A stretch of DNA of 63,664 bases, the filler included, from Reticulomyxa filosa (Eukaryota > Protista > Foraminifera), in NCBI GenBank assembly GCA_000512085.1. It is 23 parts of 23 records of this genome, joined end to end, with 100 filler letters (N's around TTAATTAATTAA, not from the genome) between each part and the next. Parts side by side here need not be neighbours in the genome. Positions count along the whole stretch, not along the records: positions 1 to 4,798 come from ASPP01003568.1; positions 4,899 to 7,689 come from ASPP01026156.1; positions 7,790 to 9,348 come from ASPP01021248.1; positions 9,449 to 10,521 come from ASPP01048264.1; positions 10,622 to 11,675 come from ASPP01035410.1; 18 more parts are not named here. One strand, given 5' to 3'. The notes beneath the pieces were generated by a model. It had not been told where the DNA came from, made no database searches, and worked only from the letters and a program-made list of their open reading frames with translations. Of this stretch, positions 1-11,244 are shown piece after piece (the first letter of the stretch is position 1; each line of letters opens with the position of its first letter). The position numbers and the translations under genes were made by a program.

Positions 1-40
<40 letters not shown>
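1..40. repeat. (AAT)n microsatellite inside an intron
   Basis: Perfect AAT run followed by a branch-point-like GCTAAC and an AG at 49-50 directly before the caspase-like exon. Confidence 0.9.
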
Positions 41-42
<2 letters not shown>

Positions 43-50
43 GCTAACAG

Positions 51-1036
51 CATATGTGATAGTGGAGAACAGGGAAAAAACAATAAAAATAAAAAAGAGT
101 GAATTAACATTTGAAGCACTCCTTCGCCAAAGTTACATTTGCCTGGAATTGCAGGACTTTCAAAAAATGAAAAATGAGAATTTAAGACTTGAGATGGTGG
201 ATATGAAAGACGATATTATTGAGTCGGATGAGACTGTGAAAAGGGAATTTAAAAATGATAAGCCTACATTTAAAGTGACGTTGAGACCCATAGAAATTGG
301 AAAAACGAAGATAATATCAAATGCATTAGTGGTGATGATTGGCATAAGCAAATATATTGACAATAAGAAATGGCCCAATCTTAAAAACGTCAAGGACATT
401 GACATGATCAATTTTAAGCAATTATTTAAACAAGAATTGAATTACAAATTTGTATGTAATGAAGAATCGACAATGAACAAAGAAGACGTTCATGAATTTT
501 TGGCAGATGTAATTGCGAAACAAAAACTTCATAAGAACAAGAGGAAGTATGATGCATTGATAATAATATTATCGGGACATGGCAATGAAGGGGATGTATT
601 GGTAACAAGTGAGGGAGACTCAATCCCTATTGATGAAATTCGAACCTCTTTTGACTGTAATCGAATGAAGTCTTTGAAAGATTGTCCCAAGATATTTATC
701 ATTGATGTTTGTCGTGGCAACTATTCTCCTCAAAGTGAAAACAGTGTTCTGACGAGAGGAGAGAATGGACCACAACAAAATAACACACACAATGGCAGTG
801 AATTTTTGATGATATGGTCAACTACAAAGGGATATCAAGTCAGTGATTTGGCATTGCTCAGTACAAGTATGAGACATACAATTGGTTCCAAGTACAAAAG
901 CAATTATTCATTAAATCAAATGTTGAAAGAAGTTCGTGCAGATATACAAAAAAAGAACGGTGGTAGTTGGTATTGTGTACAAAGTGAAGACACTACTACT
1001 TATGACATCCGCTTTCAGCCTAGAAAACTTGTGTAA
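51..1036 (+). CDS. Caspase-like cysteine protease (peptidase C14, clan CD); last exon, 5' part outside the window; preceded by a small ~75-aa domain (PB1/ubiquitin-like?)
   Basis: ALVVMIGISKY first strand, catalytic His in IIILSGHG, catalytic Cys in PKIFIIDVCRG (compare caspase PKLFFIQACRG), and a p10-like SEFLMIWSTTKGY. The acceptor at 49-50 gives (A)YVIVENREK in frame. Confidence 0.85.
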
Positions 1037-2209
1037 GGTCTTTTTTTTCTTAAAAAAAAACAAGGGATCGAAATGTTTCTATTTGATTTTTTGCTTATGT
1101 GTTTGTTTGTAATGTCAAAGGTTGGGCGTCTTAATGCTCAATCGATTATTTGATTTTTCATTAGCATTGAAGTTTTTAATACTTTTTTTTTTTTTTTTTT
1201 TAATTGTGTATCTCTCGGTTTGGTTGGCAATGTATAAATGTTAATCCAGTTTCTTCTTTGTTGCTTTTTAGCCTGCATCCCTTTCGACTCTACTTTTTTT
1301 TTTTAACAGCTTAAAACTTTTATCCGAAATTTAATACTCTTTTTCGGAGCTACTCTGTTTCAATAGAAATTTTTTGTAAAAATTCCAGGTAAATAAAATA
1401 TCGATTTTTTGCAACAATTTTTGGTGCATGCTTTGAGACCGGAGTGACGATTTATTTGTGGGTTCTCAACCACGGTATATAGTTGAATACAAAAAAGTTG
1501 ACAGATTGAAGCTGATTTCACTGCTTGGACTTCTTATGTAACAACAGCTGACAAAATGTAGAGGGCACATGATAACTCGAACAAACAATTAAAAATTAAT
1601 GCAATTCGGTCAATGCCTTAGCTTATTTTTTTATTGCGAATACATTGATAACCCTTTTGTTAAAATCATGTAAGTATTGTTATTCTCAGATTTAGACTTT
1701 ATCGCAGAAAGAACATGACCCAATTAAGTTACCACCAAATGTAATATTTACTCCTGTAAATTTTGCTAAATGAATGGACATAAATTATCTCAGAATTTGA
1801 AGTAATATGGTTGTGGACAGTTTCAAAGAGTTGTTTGAAGCTAAATCGCAATAGACCAAAACAACATAAGGTAATGCCAACAACTGTTGTTCATTGTGAA
1901 AATGGAATTGATAGCTTTTTGTTATTTGGCCTAACGACAGGGACACGTGGCTAACGAAGAAAACGTTATGACATAAAACAAAACTTTTTTGTTTGTACTC
2001 TTGCTGAGCGCTGTTAAACAACACTGTTCATATAGATAAATTTCGTTATTTAATTCAAAAAAAGAAAAGGACACTCAAAACTAATTGCAATTTTCATTTG
2101 TTTTGTCCGATCATGTAAGAAGTTTGTTTTGCTGCGAATAATATTTTCAAAAATAAACATTATTGAGAACAAATACTTGTATTTTACAAACAAATAGCAA
2201 TAAAAAAAA

Positions 2210-4798
2210 TCAAAATTTTCCACCACGTTGTTTCACAAGAAATTTTTGTTGAGGTGTTAAACCTTTTGTATCTTTCCAAAAACTGTTTTCCATTGACAAA
2301 CCACTTTGGACACCTACTTTCCAAATATAGTCTACTGAATTCCTTTCAGTTACGTCAATAATTTTACCATTATCACTACCCCATAATCGAATTGTTTTAT
2401 CCTCTGAAGATGAAACTAATTTCGAACCATCAGGTGATATGTCAATGCTGCTAATAATTCCATTATGTCCTTTCAATATTTGAATCTGCTTTCCTGAAGA
2501 TACATCCCATATTTGAATAATCTTGTCGTCCGAACACGAAAAAAGTTTCGAACTATCTGGGGATAATAGTATCTTGGATACTCGATCTGAATGTCCGTAT
2601 AATGTTTTGATCTCTTTCCCAGTCAATATGTCCCAAAATATAATTGTATTATCACATGAGCAAGATACGATTTTAGTACCATCTGGAAAAAATTGTACGT
2701 CTACTACACTGTTTTGATGTTCTTCTAACAATAAAATTTGATCTCCAGATGATGCGTTCCATATTCGAATCGTGTTATCATTTGAACATGACACGATTTT
2801 GGTACCATCTGGGGAAAAGTATGCACGATTCACATTTTCTGTATGCCCTTCTAATAATAAAAGTTGGTCTCCAGATGATACATTCCATACTCGAATTGTT
2901 TTATCATCTGAACATGATACAATCTTAGATCCATCCGGTGAAACATTTACTCTATTTATATCATTGGTATGTCCTTTCAATAATTTGACCTTTTTTCCTG
3001 ATGATAAATCCCATATTCGAATTGTTTTATCTTTTGAGCATGATACAAGCTTGGAATCACCTGATAAAAATTGCACATTGTATATCACACTAGAATGTCC
3101 TTTTAATAATCGGATTTGTTTTCCTGATAGAATATCCCATATTCGAATCGTTTTATCATTTGAATATGATATGATTTTGGAACCGTCTAATGAAAATAAC
3201 ACTCCACGCACAAAATTTGAATGACCTTTAAACACTTGAATTTGTCTTCCTGATTGCACATCCCATAATCGAATAGTTCTATCTACAGAACATGACGCAA
3301 TCTTAGAACTATCAGGAGAAAATTTTAAGTTCATGATGACGTCTAACTCTCCTTCTGTTAACTGGATTTTTTTTTCTAAAGCTATATCCCATGTACGAAT
3401 ACAATCAAATGAGCATGACAAAATTTTGTGTTCATTTGAAAAAAATTCCACACCAATTATTGTATTTGAATGCCCTTCTAATTCTTGAATTTGTTTTCCA
3501 GATGATACATCCCATAGTCGGATTGTACAATCCTCCGAACCTGATACAATTTTAGAACCGTCAGATGAAAATCGTGCTGTTTCTACACAGTCGATATGCC
3601 CTTCTAACTCTTGAAGTTGTTTTCCAGACAACAGATCCCATAATCCAAGAGTAGTATCATCTGAATATGACAATATTTTTGAACCATCTGGTGAAAATTG
3701 AATTCCATTTACACTATTAGTATGTTCTTCTAATATTTGAATTTGTTGACCCGATACTACATCCCATATTCGAATAGTTGAATCTTTTGAATATGATATA
3801 ACATTTAATCCATTGGGTGTAAATTGTACCCCAACTACATCATCTGAATGCCCCTCTAATAATTGAAGCTGTGTTCCAGATGATACATCCCATATCCGTA
3901 CGCTTTTATCTTTTGAGCATGACACAATTTTGGAATAATCTGGTGAAAATTGCACTGTATTTACAGAATCTGAATGTCCTTCTAATAACTTGACTTGTTC
4001 TCCGGATGACATATCCCATATCCTAATAGTTTTGTCATTTGAACTTGACACGATCTTAGAACAATCTAATGAAAATTGCGCAGCAGTTACATCTGATGAA
4101 TGTCCTTTTAAAATTTGAATTTGTCGACCTGATAATACATCCCATATTCTAATAGTTGTATCCTTTGAGAATGACACAATTTTAGACCCATCATGTGAAA
4201 ACTGTACTCCGCCTATCGTATCTGAATGTCCTTCCAATACACAAAGTTGGTCACTTGACTCTGTGTCCCATATTCGAATAGTTTCATCGCCTGAATAGGA
4301 TACTACTTTAGTTCTATCTGGTGAAAATTGAATTCCTAATACTCCATCTACATGTCCTTCTAAATTTGCATATTCTCCAAAGTAAATATCGTTCATTGAT
4401 GCATTTGTGAAATGGACTTTGGTTAAACAAGTCCGATAAAAACGCACATGATCTAAATTTGCATTACTAAAATTGGTTCCTTCGAGGAAAGCATGATCCA
4501 AAATTGCATGAGGGATTTTTACATTGCTCCAATTTTGATAATCCATGTCGATATTAGCCGAATTGAGTATTGTAACTGCATTTGCTGCTGCAATACTAAC
4601 ATTTTCATTCTTTTTTGATGATTCAATAATTCGAAATAATCTTGATTTTAAATTTACAAATATTGAATTATTGTCATGAATTCTTTCGGCAATAAACTGG
4701 ATAATCCCCAATTCTTCATTTAATAATTTACGATTAAAAGATAATTTTTGAACCTGTGTTTCAAATTGTTGTTGAAATTGTTGATTATTTATATCAAC
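2210..4798 (-). CDS. C-terminal part of a NACHT-type NLR-like protein: pentapeptide repeats plus 16 WD40 repeats; 5' end lost in the assembly spacer
   Basis: The frame is open to the gap (VDINNQQFQQQFETQVQKLSFNRKLLNEELGIIQFIAER), nearly identical to the post-NACHT region of the 37315 ORF. Contains AAANAVTIL, pentapeptides (AILDH AFLEG TNFSN ANLDH), 16 ~42-aa GH...WD repeats and a C-terminal KGLTPQQKFLVKQRGG cap. Confidence 0.9.
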   Translation of the reverse strand, partial: VDINNQQFQQQFETQVQKLSFNRKLLNEELGIIQFIAERIHDNNSIFVNLKSRLFRIIESSKKNENVSIAAANAVTILNSANIDMDYQNWSNVKIPHAILDHAFLEGTNFSNANLDHVRFYRTCLTKVHFTNASMNDIYFGEYANLEGHVDGVLGIQFSPDRTKVVSYSGDETIRIWDTESSDQLCVLEGHSDTIGGVQFSHDGSKIVSFSKDTTIRIWDVLSGRQIQILKGHSSDVTAAQFSLDCSKIVSSSNDKTIRIWDMSSGEQVKLLEGHSDSVNTVQFSPDYSKIVSCSKDKSVRIWDVSSGTQLQLLEGHSDDVVGVQFTPNGLNVISYSKDSTIRIWDVVSGQQIQILEEHTNSVNGIQFSPDGSKILSYSDDTTLGLWDLLSGKQLQELEGHIDCVETARFSSDGSKIVSGSEDCTIRLWDVSSGKQIQELEGHSNTIIGVEFFSNEHKILSCSFDCIRTWDIALEKKIQLTEGELDVIMNLKFSPDSSKIASCSVDRTIRLWDVQSGRQIQVFKGHSNFVRGVLFSLDGSKIISYSNDKTIRIWDILSGKQIRLLKGHSSVIYNVQFLSGDSKLVSCSKDKTIRIWDLSSGKKVKLLKGHTNDINRVNVSPDGSKIVSCSDDKTIRVWNVSSGDQLLLLEGHTENVNRAYFSPDGTKIVSCSNDNTIRIWNASSGDQILLLEEHQNSVVDVQFFPDGTKIVSCSCDNTIIFWDILTGKEIKTLYGHSDRVSKILLSPDSSKLFSCSDDKIIQIWDVSSGKQIQILKGHNGIISSIDISPDGSKLVSSSEDKTIRLWGSDNGKIIDVTERNSVDYIWKVGVQSGLSMENSFWKDTKGLTPQQKFLVKQRGGKF

Positions 4799-4898
4799 NN
4801 NNNNNNNNNNNNNNNNNNNNNNNNNNNNNNNNNNNNNNNNNNTTAATTAATTAANNNNNNNNNNNNNNNNNNNNNNNNNNNNNNNNNNNNNNNNNNNN
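4799..4898. other. Artificial contig spacer N44-TTAATTAATTAA-N44 (first of 22)
   Basis: The identical 100-nt spacer recurs at about 7690, 9349, 10522, 11676, 13085, 15663, 17135, 18387, 19746, 20948, 22497, 25019, 29294, 32662, 45468, 49308, 51000, 55016, 57750, 60179 and 61566. The palindromic core gives stops in all six frames. Confidence 0.98.
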
Positions 4899-5727
4899 AT
4901 GTTATATTTAAACCTTTTTTTTTTTTTTTTGTCGTTGTTTTGTTTTTCTCACACACACACACACACACACACAACACTGAAAAGAAATGATTGCTCACCT
5001 TTTGATGAAACATTTGACAACGACGATCCATTTTTCTCTTGTTCGCTGCTTACAACTGCCAGCACTTTTGTGTTTTGTCATCACAACAAACCTCTTCTCA
5101 ACAATAGGTGCTTACACCATTTCCAACTCAAACACAGTAACTGCCGACGAGAGCCCACCACACTTCCTTCATTCTTTTCCAATCTTTGAACAAAATCAAC
5201 AGTCGACACTTTCGTAGAAAAATGTTCACCAAGTTTTGATATCAACACAATGGCCCCCAAAAAAAAAACTTGACGCACTGACTTAAAACGTCTCGTGCTG
5301 CAAGAAATTAATCAAACCAATCTTGCTTTACGTTTTCGTTATTAAACTTTTTAGAAATATTTCAAGAGAACCACTTGTTTCATTCAAATTAGAAAATGCT
5401 GTCTGTACATTTTTTTTGTGGTTGTATTATTTTGGTAACATCTTTTGCAATTGTTGTACTGCAATCAAAAATTCTTGTCCGTGTGTTCAAATTAGAATTA
5501 AAAATTGAAAAATGCCGAAAGATTGCATTGATGACGTGTTTGGACCGTCATTACAGATAAGGAACTGAACGATATTTGCCGTAAACAACTCAAACTACCT
5601 TTTTTGAAAAAAGGAAAGAAAAGTACATGTATTTTTTCGAGTAGCCCTTCCCTTCGGGATTTTCTTTGCTTAAATACACTGTTGTTCAGTGTTTTGGTAT
5701 ACTGTTTGAAAAAAAAAAATCTGCTGT

Positions 5728-6267
5728 CTATAGACCCATTTCATAATTGAGTAAGTTTGGCAGTGCCTTGTGATCGGGTGAAGGATAATGCTTGAGATTT
5801 TTAAAATTTGCATGTTGTAAAGTTTCCAACAAATTTTTGCAGTAACAGTAATGCAAAAATCTTTTCTCTGACAAAGGCTTACAAATGTCGATTTGATGAT
5901 TGTCCATCAATGTTTCATTGATGACGACAAGTAGTTTTTTTTTTAATCGCAATGATTCCAAAATACTCCCTGCTCCTGCGTGACTTATAACCAACTCTGC
6001 TTCCTGCATAAATTGTTGCAATTTCTCTGCGGTAGTGTACTCCATACACACGCATTCGATATCGAATGCATTTTTTTTGCAGAGATTGCTAGGGTAGTGC
6101 TTGCCTTTGCCTTTTTGAATAATTAAACGAGTAATTCCAAAATTCTTGGAAAGAAGAGACAACAACTCCTCGTGACTGGAATCAAGTGTTTCAATTAGAT
6201 CATTGAATTCGGTTGTTCCGACAGTAATCAAGCATGATCGTGCGCTTTCTGTTGAAAGATTTGACAT
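5728..6267 (-). CDS. ALG13: UDP-N-acetylglucosamine transferase subunit ALG13 (Glyco_tran_28_C)
   Basis: CLITVGTTEF, LIIQKGKG, LVISHAGAGSILESL and LLVVINETLMDNHQ are the canonical ALG13 motifs; 179 aa, single exon. Confidence 0.93.
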   Translation of the reverse strand: MSNLSTESARSCLITVGTTEFNDLIETLDSSHEELLSLLSKNFGITRLIIQKGKGKHYPSNLCKKNAFDIECVCMEYTTAEKLQQFMQEAELVISHAGAGSILESLRLKKKLLVVINETLMDNHQIDICKPLSEKRFLHYCYCKNLLETLQHANFKNLKHYPSPDHKALPNLLNYEMGL

Positions 6268-6677
6268 GATATGGAAGAAATGTTTTACAAATGGGAACTT
6301 TATTTGCCCTTCTCACAAGTGAACTACAAAAAAGGCGTTTACAATATAATTTGTTTGGCTTTTCTTGGTTAATGAAATTGACACAATAAATAACTCGTTT
6401 CAAAATTATTTTGTAAGACGAGAGTATAAAGCATCGTTAGAAATAAGCGTTTTTAACAAAAAATTGTACCTTTAAATTGTGCACATTGGAGCGATACTGA
6501 TCTTGGGACTTATTTGCAATTTTTCTTTGTTTACATGAGATATGGTACATTTTGTAAAGGCAGACATTACATTTGATCAATCACTAAACGAAAAAGTGTT
6601 GGTAATAAAAAAAATATAACGGTAGAGATCTAAAGACAGTTTTTAGATTAACTCTATATTTTCCTGTTTGATCCATA

Positions 6678-7653
6678 ATGTCCAATCAAAGGAGTATTGA
6701 CGGAAATGAACAAGTGTTTTCTTCACCATTATGTTGTTGTCCTTATGATGCCGACACCGAAGTTGAACTATTGGAAAAGAAAAGAAATCAGTTTTTTATC
6801 GGGCAGAAATTGCGACTGACCTTTCACTGGACGACGAAGAAGATAATCGGGACGATAAAAGACAACTACCCAGACAAAAAAGAAGTGCACGTGTGGCGTG
6901 ACGACACTGGAGAGCCAGGAATAGTAGATATCGAAAATAAACAAGCATGGGAGATGTTTTTCAATGGCGAGCATTTGTGGAGTTTGGTGGATGAGTTGCA
7001 ACTTGAAAAGGTAAGATCTAAAAGACAAGACGAAGCCATTGCAATTTCACGCGAGGAGTTGTTATCATGGCGACCAATTCCCGTTGCAACAGAAATTGGT
7101 GAATTCGTTCAGGTCCGTTTTGACAAAAGTCCCGTCCATTATTACATTGGACGAATTACGGACTTTGATCCGGTGTCCCGACTTACGAGAGTCATATATG
7201 GGAACCCCGGAATTCATGGGTCCGAATGGTGTTGGTAAGTTAGAGGGTAAGTAGTTAGTTATCCGTGGATAAGTTTTTTTTTTTTTTTTTAGTTTGTTGT
7301 TGTTGTTGATATTTCCCCTTTCGCATGAATGTGCACAAACTGAAAACAGGGGAACATCGGACAAAATCAAAAAATTAACAATTAAACAGCGACAAGCGAT
7401 GGAGGAAGCAATCCAAAAACAAATGTTGGCTGTCCCATTGGGTGTACATCAACCTCCTCCATTTGACCCTTATGTGTATCGACTCCCGTCAGAGTTTGTC
7501 AATCCAGAACACCAACCGGCGTCCAAGCGCAAAGAGCATCACATAAACAAGAGTCAGCCGAGAAGCAATTATCGATATTTTACCAGACATCAACTGGTTT
7601 CTTACTCTCCATTCCAAGAGAGAGTTCTCACCACATATGAAACTTGTTTTTCC

Positions 7654-7689
<36 letters not shown>
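6678..7689 (+). CDS. Hypothetical multi-exon protein with possible Tudor/SH3-like barrels; 3' truncated
   Basis: 186-aa exon (IGEFVQVRFDKSPVHYYIGRITDFDP...TRVIYG) ending at a TG|GTAAG donor, then a second exon from ~7350. The domain call is by eye. Confidence 0.45.
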
Positions 7690-7861
7690 NNNNNNNNNNN
7701 NNNNNNNNNNNNNNNNNNNNNNNNNNNNNNNNNTTAATTAATTAANNNNNNNNNNNNNNNNNNNNNNNNNNNNNNNNNNNNNNNNNNNNTTTTTTTTTTT
7801 TTTTTGAAAAAATTGTGACAAAAATGCAAGAGAGTAAAGATGAATCAGAAAGAGTATCGAT

Positions 7862-8507
7862 TCAAACCGTGCCATAAATATCTTCCCACATTTCAGGGAA
7901 CTCGTCCATATACCTATCGCCCCCCAAGTCGGCGTATCTTTTGATATCTTCCAACAGATTTCCAGTCCATTGTTCGTTATGATGATAAGTGTGTTTATCG
8001 GGTGCATTGACGTAGCCTCTAAGCCTAGTAATGTACGAGGTGAACGTGCTGGTGTCCGTGCCAAAGAAGATGCGTCCAGCAGCGCAAATGACCATTTCAA
8101 CGACCCCTTCCAACCGACGTGGGACTTGCACATGTGCCAGGGGTTTTCCCTCTCCAAACAAGTCTTGATACTTCCAAATTTTGAACTCTTTTTCAAAGGC
8201 CGCAAAGAAGTGAGGATTGGTTTCGTCGGTGCTGATATAAATGGCCTCTGTTTTTTTGATGAGCGGGCGAATGTGTTGCAGCGAGATGGAGGCTTCAAGG
8301 AACGACTCTCTATATTGCAGTTCGTTCCTGCGAATGTGCACAGCCGCATATTGGAACAGCCCCAAGAACTCGATGGCATACGAGGCATATTCAAACACCT
8401 CTTTGCGAAGATGCACATGGTCGCGCAAGACACGGCGTAGGGCTAAGTCGTCTTTTCGTTGGCTGAACCAAACGAAGGTACTCACTTGTCCTAAATAGCG
8501 ATAGTTA

Positions 8508-8543
<36 letters not shown>

Positions 8544-9330
8544 CCAAATTTTAAAAGTTGTAGTTTCCAACCCTTTTTTTTTTTAAAAAAAAAAACAACT
8601 GTTCAGTGCCGGGGTCCCCTTTTTCACAACTAGGAAAGTGCACCCAAGTCATATCCTGTTGTTCCTTCGAATATTGGACTCTCTTACGCCCGGCCATGAA
8701 TCTATCAGTCGGAAGACGTTTGGCTTGTTCGACGGCGGAGATGGAAGGCCAGAACAGGACATTGCCCAGAGGGCCCCAGGGCATGTTAGTGGCATGTTCA
8801 TCGGCGTACCGATTGCACCAGCGCTTGTACTCTTTCGCATGTTCGCGCAAGCCGTTGTTGGAGTCTTGCGTCCAGCTTTCGGGCATGCCAACCTGGCGGC
8901 CATACTGTTGAGCGAACTCGAATGCCGTGATGGTCTTCACTTCCAAATTCAAGTCGTCAAAGTCGAAAAAGTTGGAATACTCGCTGCGTCCACTGTGGTC
9001 GTTTGTCTTCATGCGAGACATGCCCCCCCAATCGATCAAGTACCAACCCTCTTCAGGGGGCGTCACCAGCACTCGATTGGTCAGTCTCGCCACCATTACC
9101 ATGTACTCGAACACCATGCGAATGTTGTTGAACCCGCCACAGTCTGTCCAAAACGTCATGTACTTTTCCGAACGTCCGTCGCTTCCTGTTCCCAGCGGTT
9201 CCGGACCTGTTCCGCTATTGCGTTGTTGTTGTTGTTGTTGTTCTTGTGCTTCGATACACCCGCCTGCCAATATTGCAAGCGCTTTAATATGAAGTCGCGA
9301 TTGTGCGCTTCTTCCATTGTGATATGTGAT
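7862..9330 (-). CDS. GDP-fucose protein O-fucosyltransferase family (O-FucT / POFUT-like), at least 2 exons
   Basis: YMTFWTDCGGFNNIRMVFE, ARLTNRVLVTPP, AVHIRRNE, IYISTDE and VEMVICAAGRIFFGTDTSTFTSYI match O-FucT motifs; poly-A/T intron at ~8510-8599. Confidence 0.85.
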
Positions 9331-9939
9331 CTTTTTTTTTTTTTTTTTNNNNNNNNNNNNNNNNNNNNNNNNNNNNNNNNNNNNNNNNNNNNTTAATTAA
9401 TTAANNNNNNNNNNNNNNNNNNNNNNNNNNNNNNNNNNNNNNNNNNNNTTTTCTTTAATTCTTTCACACCAATGCAATTTGTTTCAGACATTGCAACGTT
9501 CATTTCAAACAAATTTTTTCTTTACCTCAAGTAATTGCATCGATCTTATGTTTGGTAATGATACAATTCTTATTCTCAGATAATTTGAGCAAAAGATAAT
9601 GTTGTTGTTTTGAAAAAAAACAAAATCAATTATTTTAATTTTGTTTATAGATTTTTTAAGGGCACAGGATCGAGAGTAGTTGTTACTTTATTTTCTTATC
9701 CATGTTCATTACAGTTAAGAAAAAGGACCTTTTTTTTTTGCGACGTCAAAGTTTATCGAATTGTGCCTTATCTATTGTTTTTCCTCCAACGAGAAAAAAA
9801 AATACAAAATTATCTGATACTTTGTGTACGTAACAAATTAATAATTTTTTTTTTTTTTGGGTGAGACACGTGTCATCCACAAATGCATATCTGTCTGGAT
9901 TTGAAGATGAAGCAGAATAAATAAAAAAATTTATTACTT

Positions 9940-10521
9940 TGCAACGATGATCAACATTGCATTTATTATCGGTGGAAAGTGTGAGACCTAGACGCATGAA
10001 TAAAACCGCTTTGAGTTCTTTATTTTCGAAGTACGTACGCGCAAAACGATTCGGCTTGGCATGGAGGAATGCTGAAGATTGATTAATTGACAAATCCGTA
10101 AGCATTGAATTGGTACGTTCATCTGCTGACTCTCGGAGTGAATGAAGAGATTGGACTGATATAAAATTTGCAAGTGATAGCTGAGATGTAATATTTGTCC
10201 AATTTAATATTTGTTGTGTTACAGGAACTCTTGTATTGTAATCGTATAATGTGGAATCAATTTCATCTTGTGATATCCATTCTAAAGGGAGGCTGTGTTG
10301 ATAAACCTTTGATAACATGTCAAATGCCGTTGCTGCGGATGCAATAAATGCGCGCTTGAATAATTGTTAATTTTGCGCAGGTTTAATCCAACCAACCGAA
10401 TTGGTAATTGACATTGTCTCCATTGAATATCAGAAAGAGGTCTGCCTAGAAGCCGATCAATGCATAGTCTGATGGAATGGTCAAACTGTTTGGCCCATTT
10501 GCAAGTTGATGTAAAGTTAAC
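9940..10521 (-). mobile_element. Degenerate non-LTR retrotransposon fragment, CRE/RLE-type region downstream of the RT
   Basis: Minus-strand translation FDHSIRLCIDRLLGRPLSDIQWRQCQLPIRLVGLNLR, frameshift to AFIASAA, then SSAFLHAKPN...LFMRLGLTL...KC. This resembles the LPIRxGGLG / WL.ALP / LRLG signature of CRE-like elements. Confidence 0.7.
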
Positions 10522-10621
10522 NNNNNNNNNNNNNNNNNNNNNNNNNNNNNNNNNNNNNNNNNNNNTTAATTAATTAANNNNNNNNNNNNNNNNNNNNNNN
10601 NNNNNNNNNNNNNNNNNNNNN

Positions 10622-11244
10622 ACAAACATTGGATCAGAGATCGAAGCTATAGATCACATTGTGATTATTCTCACTGATTGCAAGTTTGTGATTAATTCAA
10701 TATTCAACAAATGGGATTCTATAAATTGCCAATTATTGATTGTCAGCAGATTTTGAGATCATGTAATGAAGATAATGCTACGATTAAAGGTCAGGATCTT
10801 GTTGCAAATAATGCTCGCAAGAAAGCTCAGCAATTTGATTCAACAGCATAAATCAGCGGCATTCCTGAATAATCATGGATCAAATCCCTTCTTTACAAAG
10901 ATATACAATGCCACGATATTTCCTAACCTGATTCATTGACATTTAGTGAACGCAAGATTATTTGTCGGTTGATTACTGGCAAAGTTGGATTAAATGATTA
11001 TTTGTACAACATCCAAAGATCAGATTCTCCTGAATGTATTTGGTGTGAAGAAGATACTGTTGAGCATTTCTTGATGGAATGTTTGCGCAGTTGGTGGACA
11101 AATGTCCAAGGATTGCTCCCAGATATCAATGTATTGTCCCTGTCAATGAAACAATTCATTATTGGTGATCGATCGTGGAAACCAGATGTCAGGATTAAAG
11201 TTGTGAAAGCCAAGTTTGTAGTTGATACCAAGAGAAGGATTTGA
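10622..11244 (+). mobile_element. Degenerate LINE 3' end (RNase H remnant plus C-terminal CCHC zinc knuckle; I/R1/Tad-like)
   Basis: IICRLITGKVGLNDYLYNIQRSDSPECIWCEEDTVEHFLMEC is the typical LINE ORF2 C-terminus. Upstream HIVIILTDCKFVINSI resembles RNase H and is interrupted by frameshifts and stops. Confidence 0.75.

Noticed and set aside
2210-4400. 126-bp periodic DNA as a CRISPR array or satellite
   Set aside because: The periodicity is fully explained by in-frame WD40 repeats; there are no unique spacers and no cas genes.
9940-11244. Two retroelement fragments as one composite element
   Set aside because: Different clades, opposite strands and separated by an artificial spacer.
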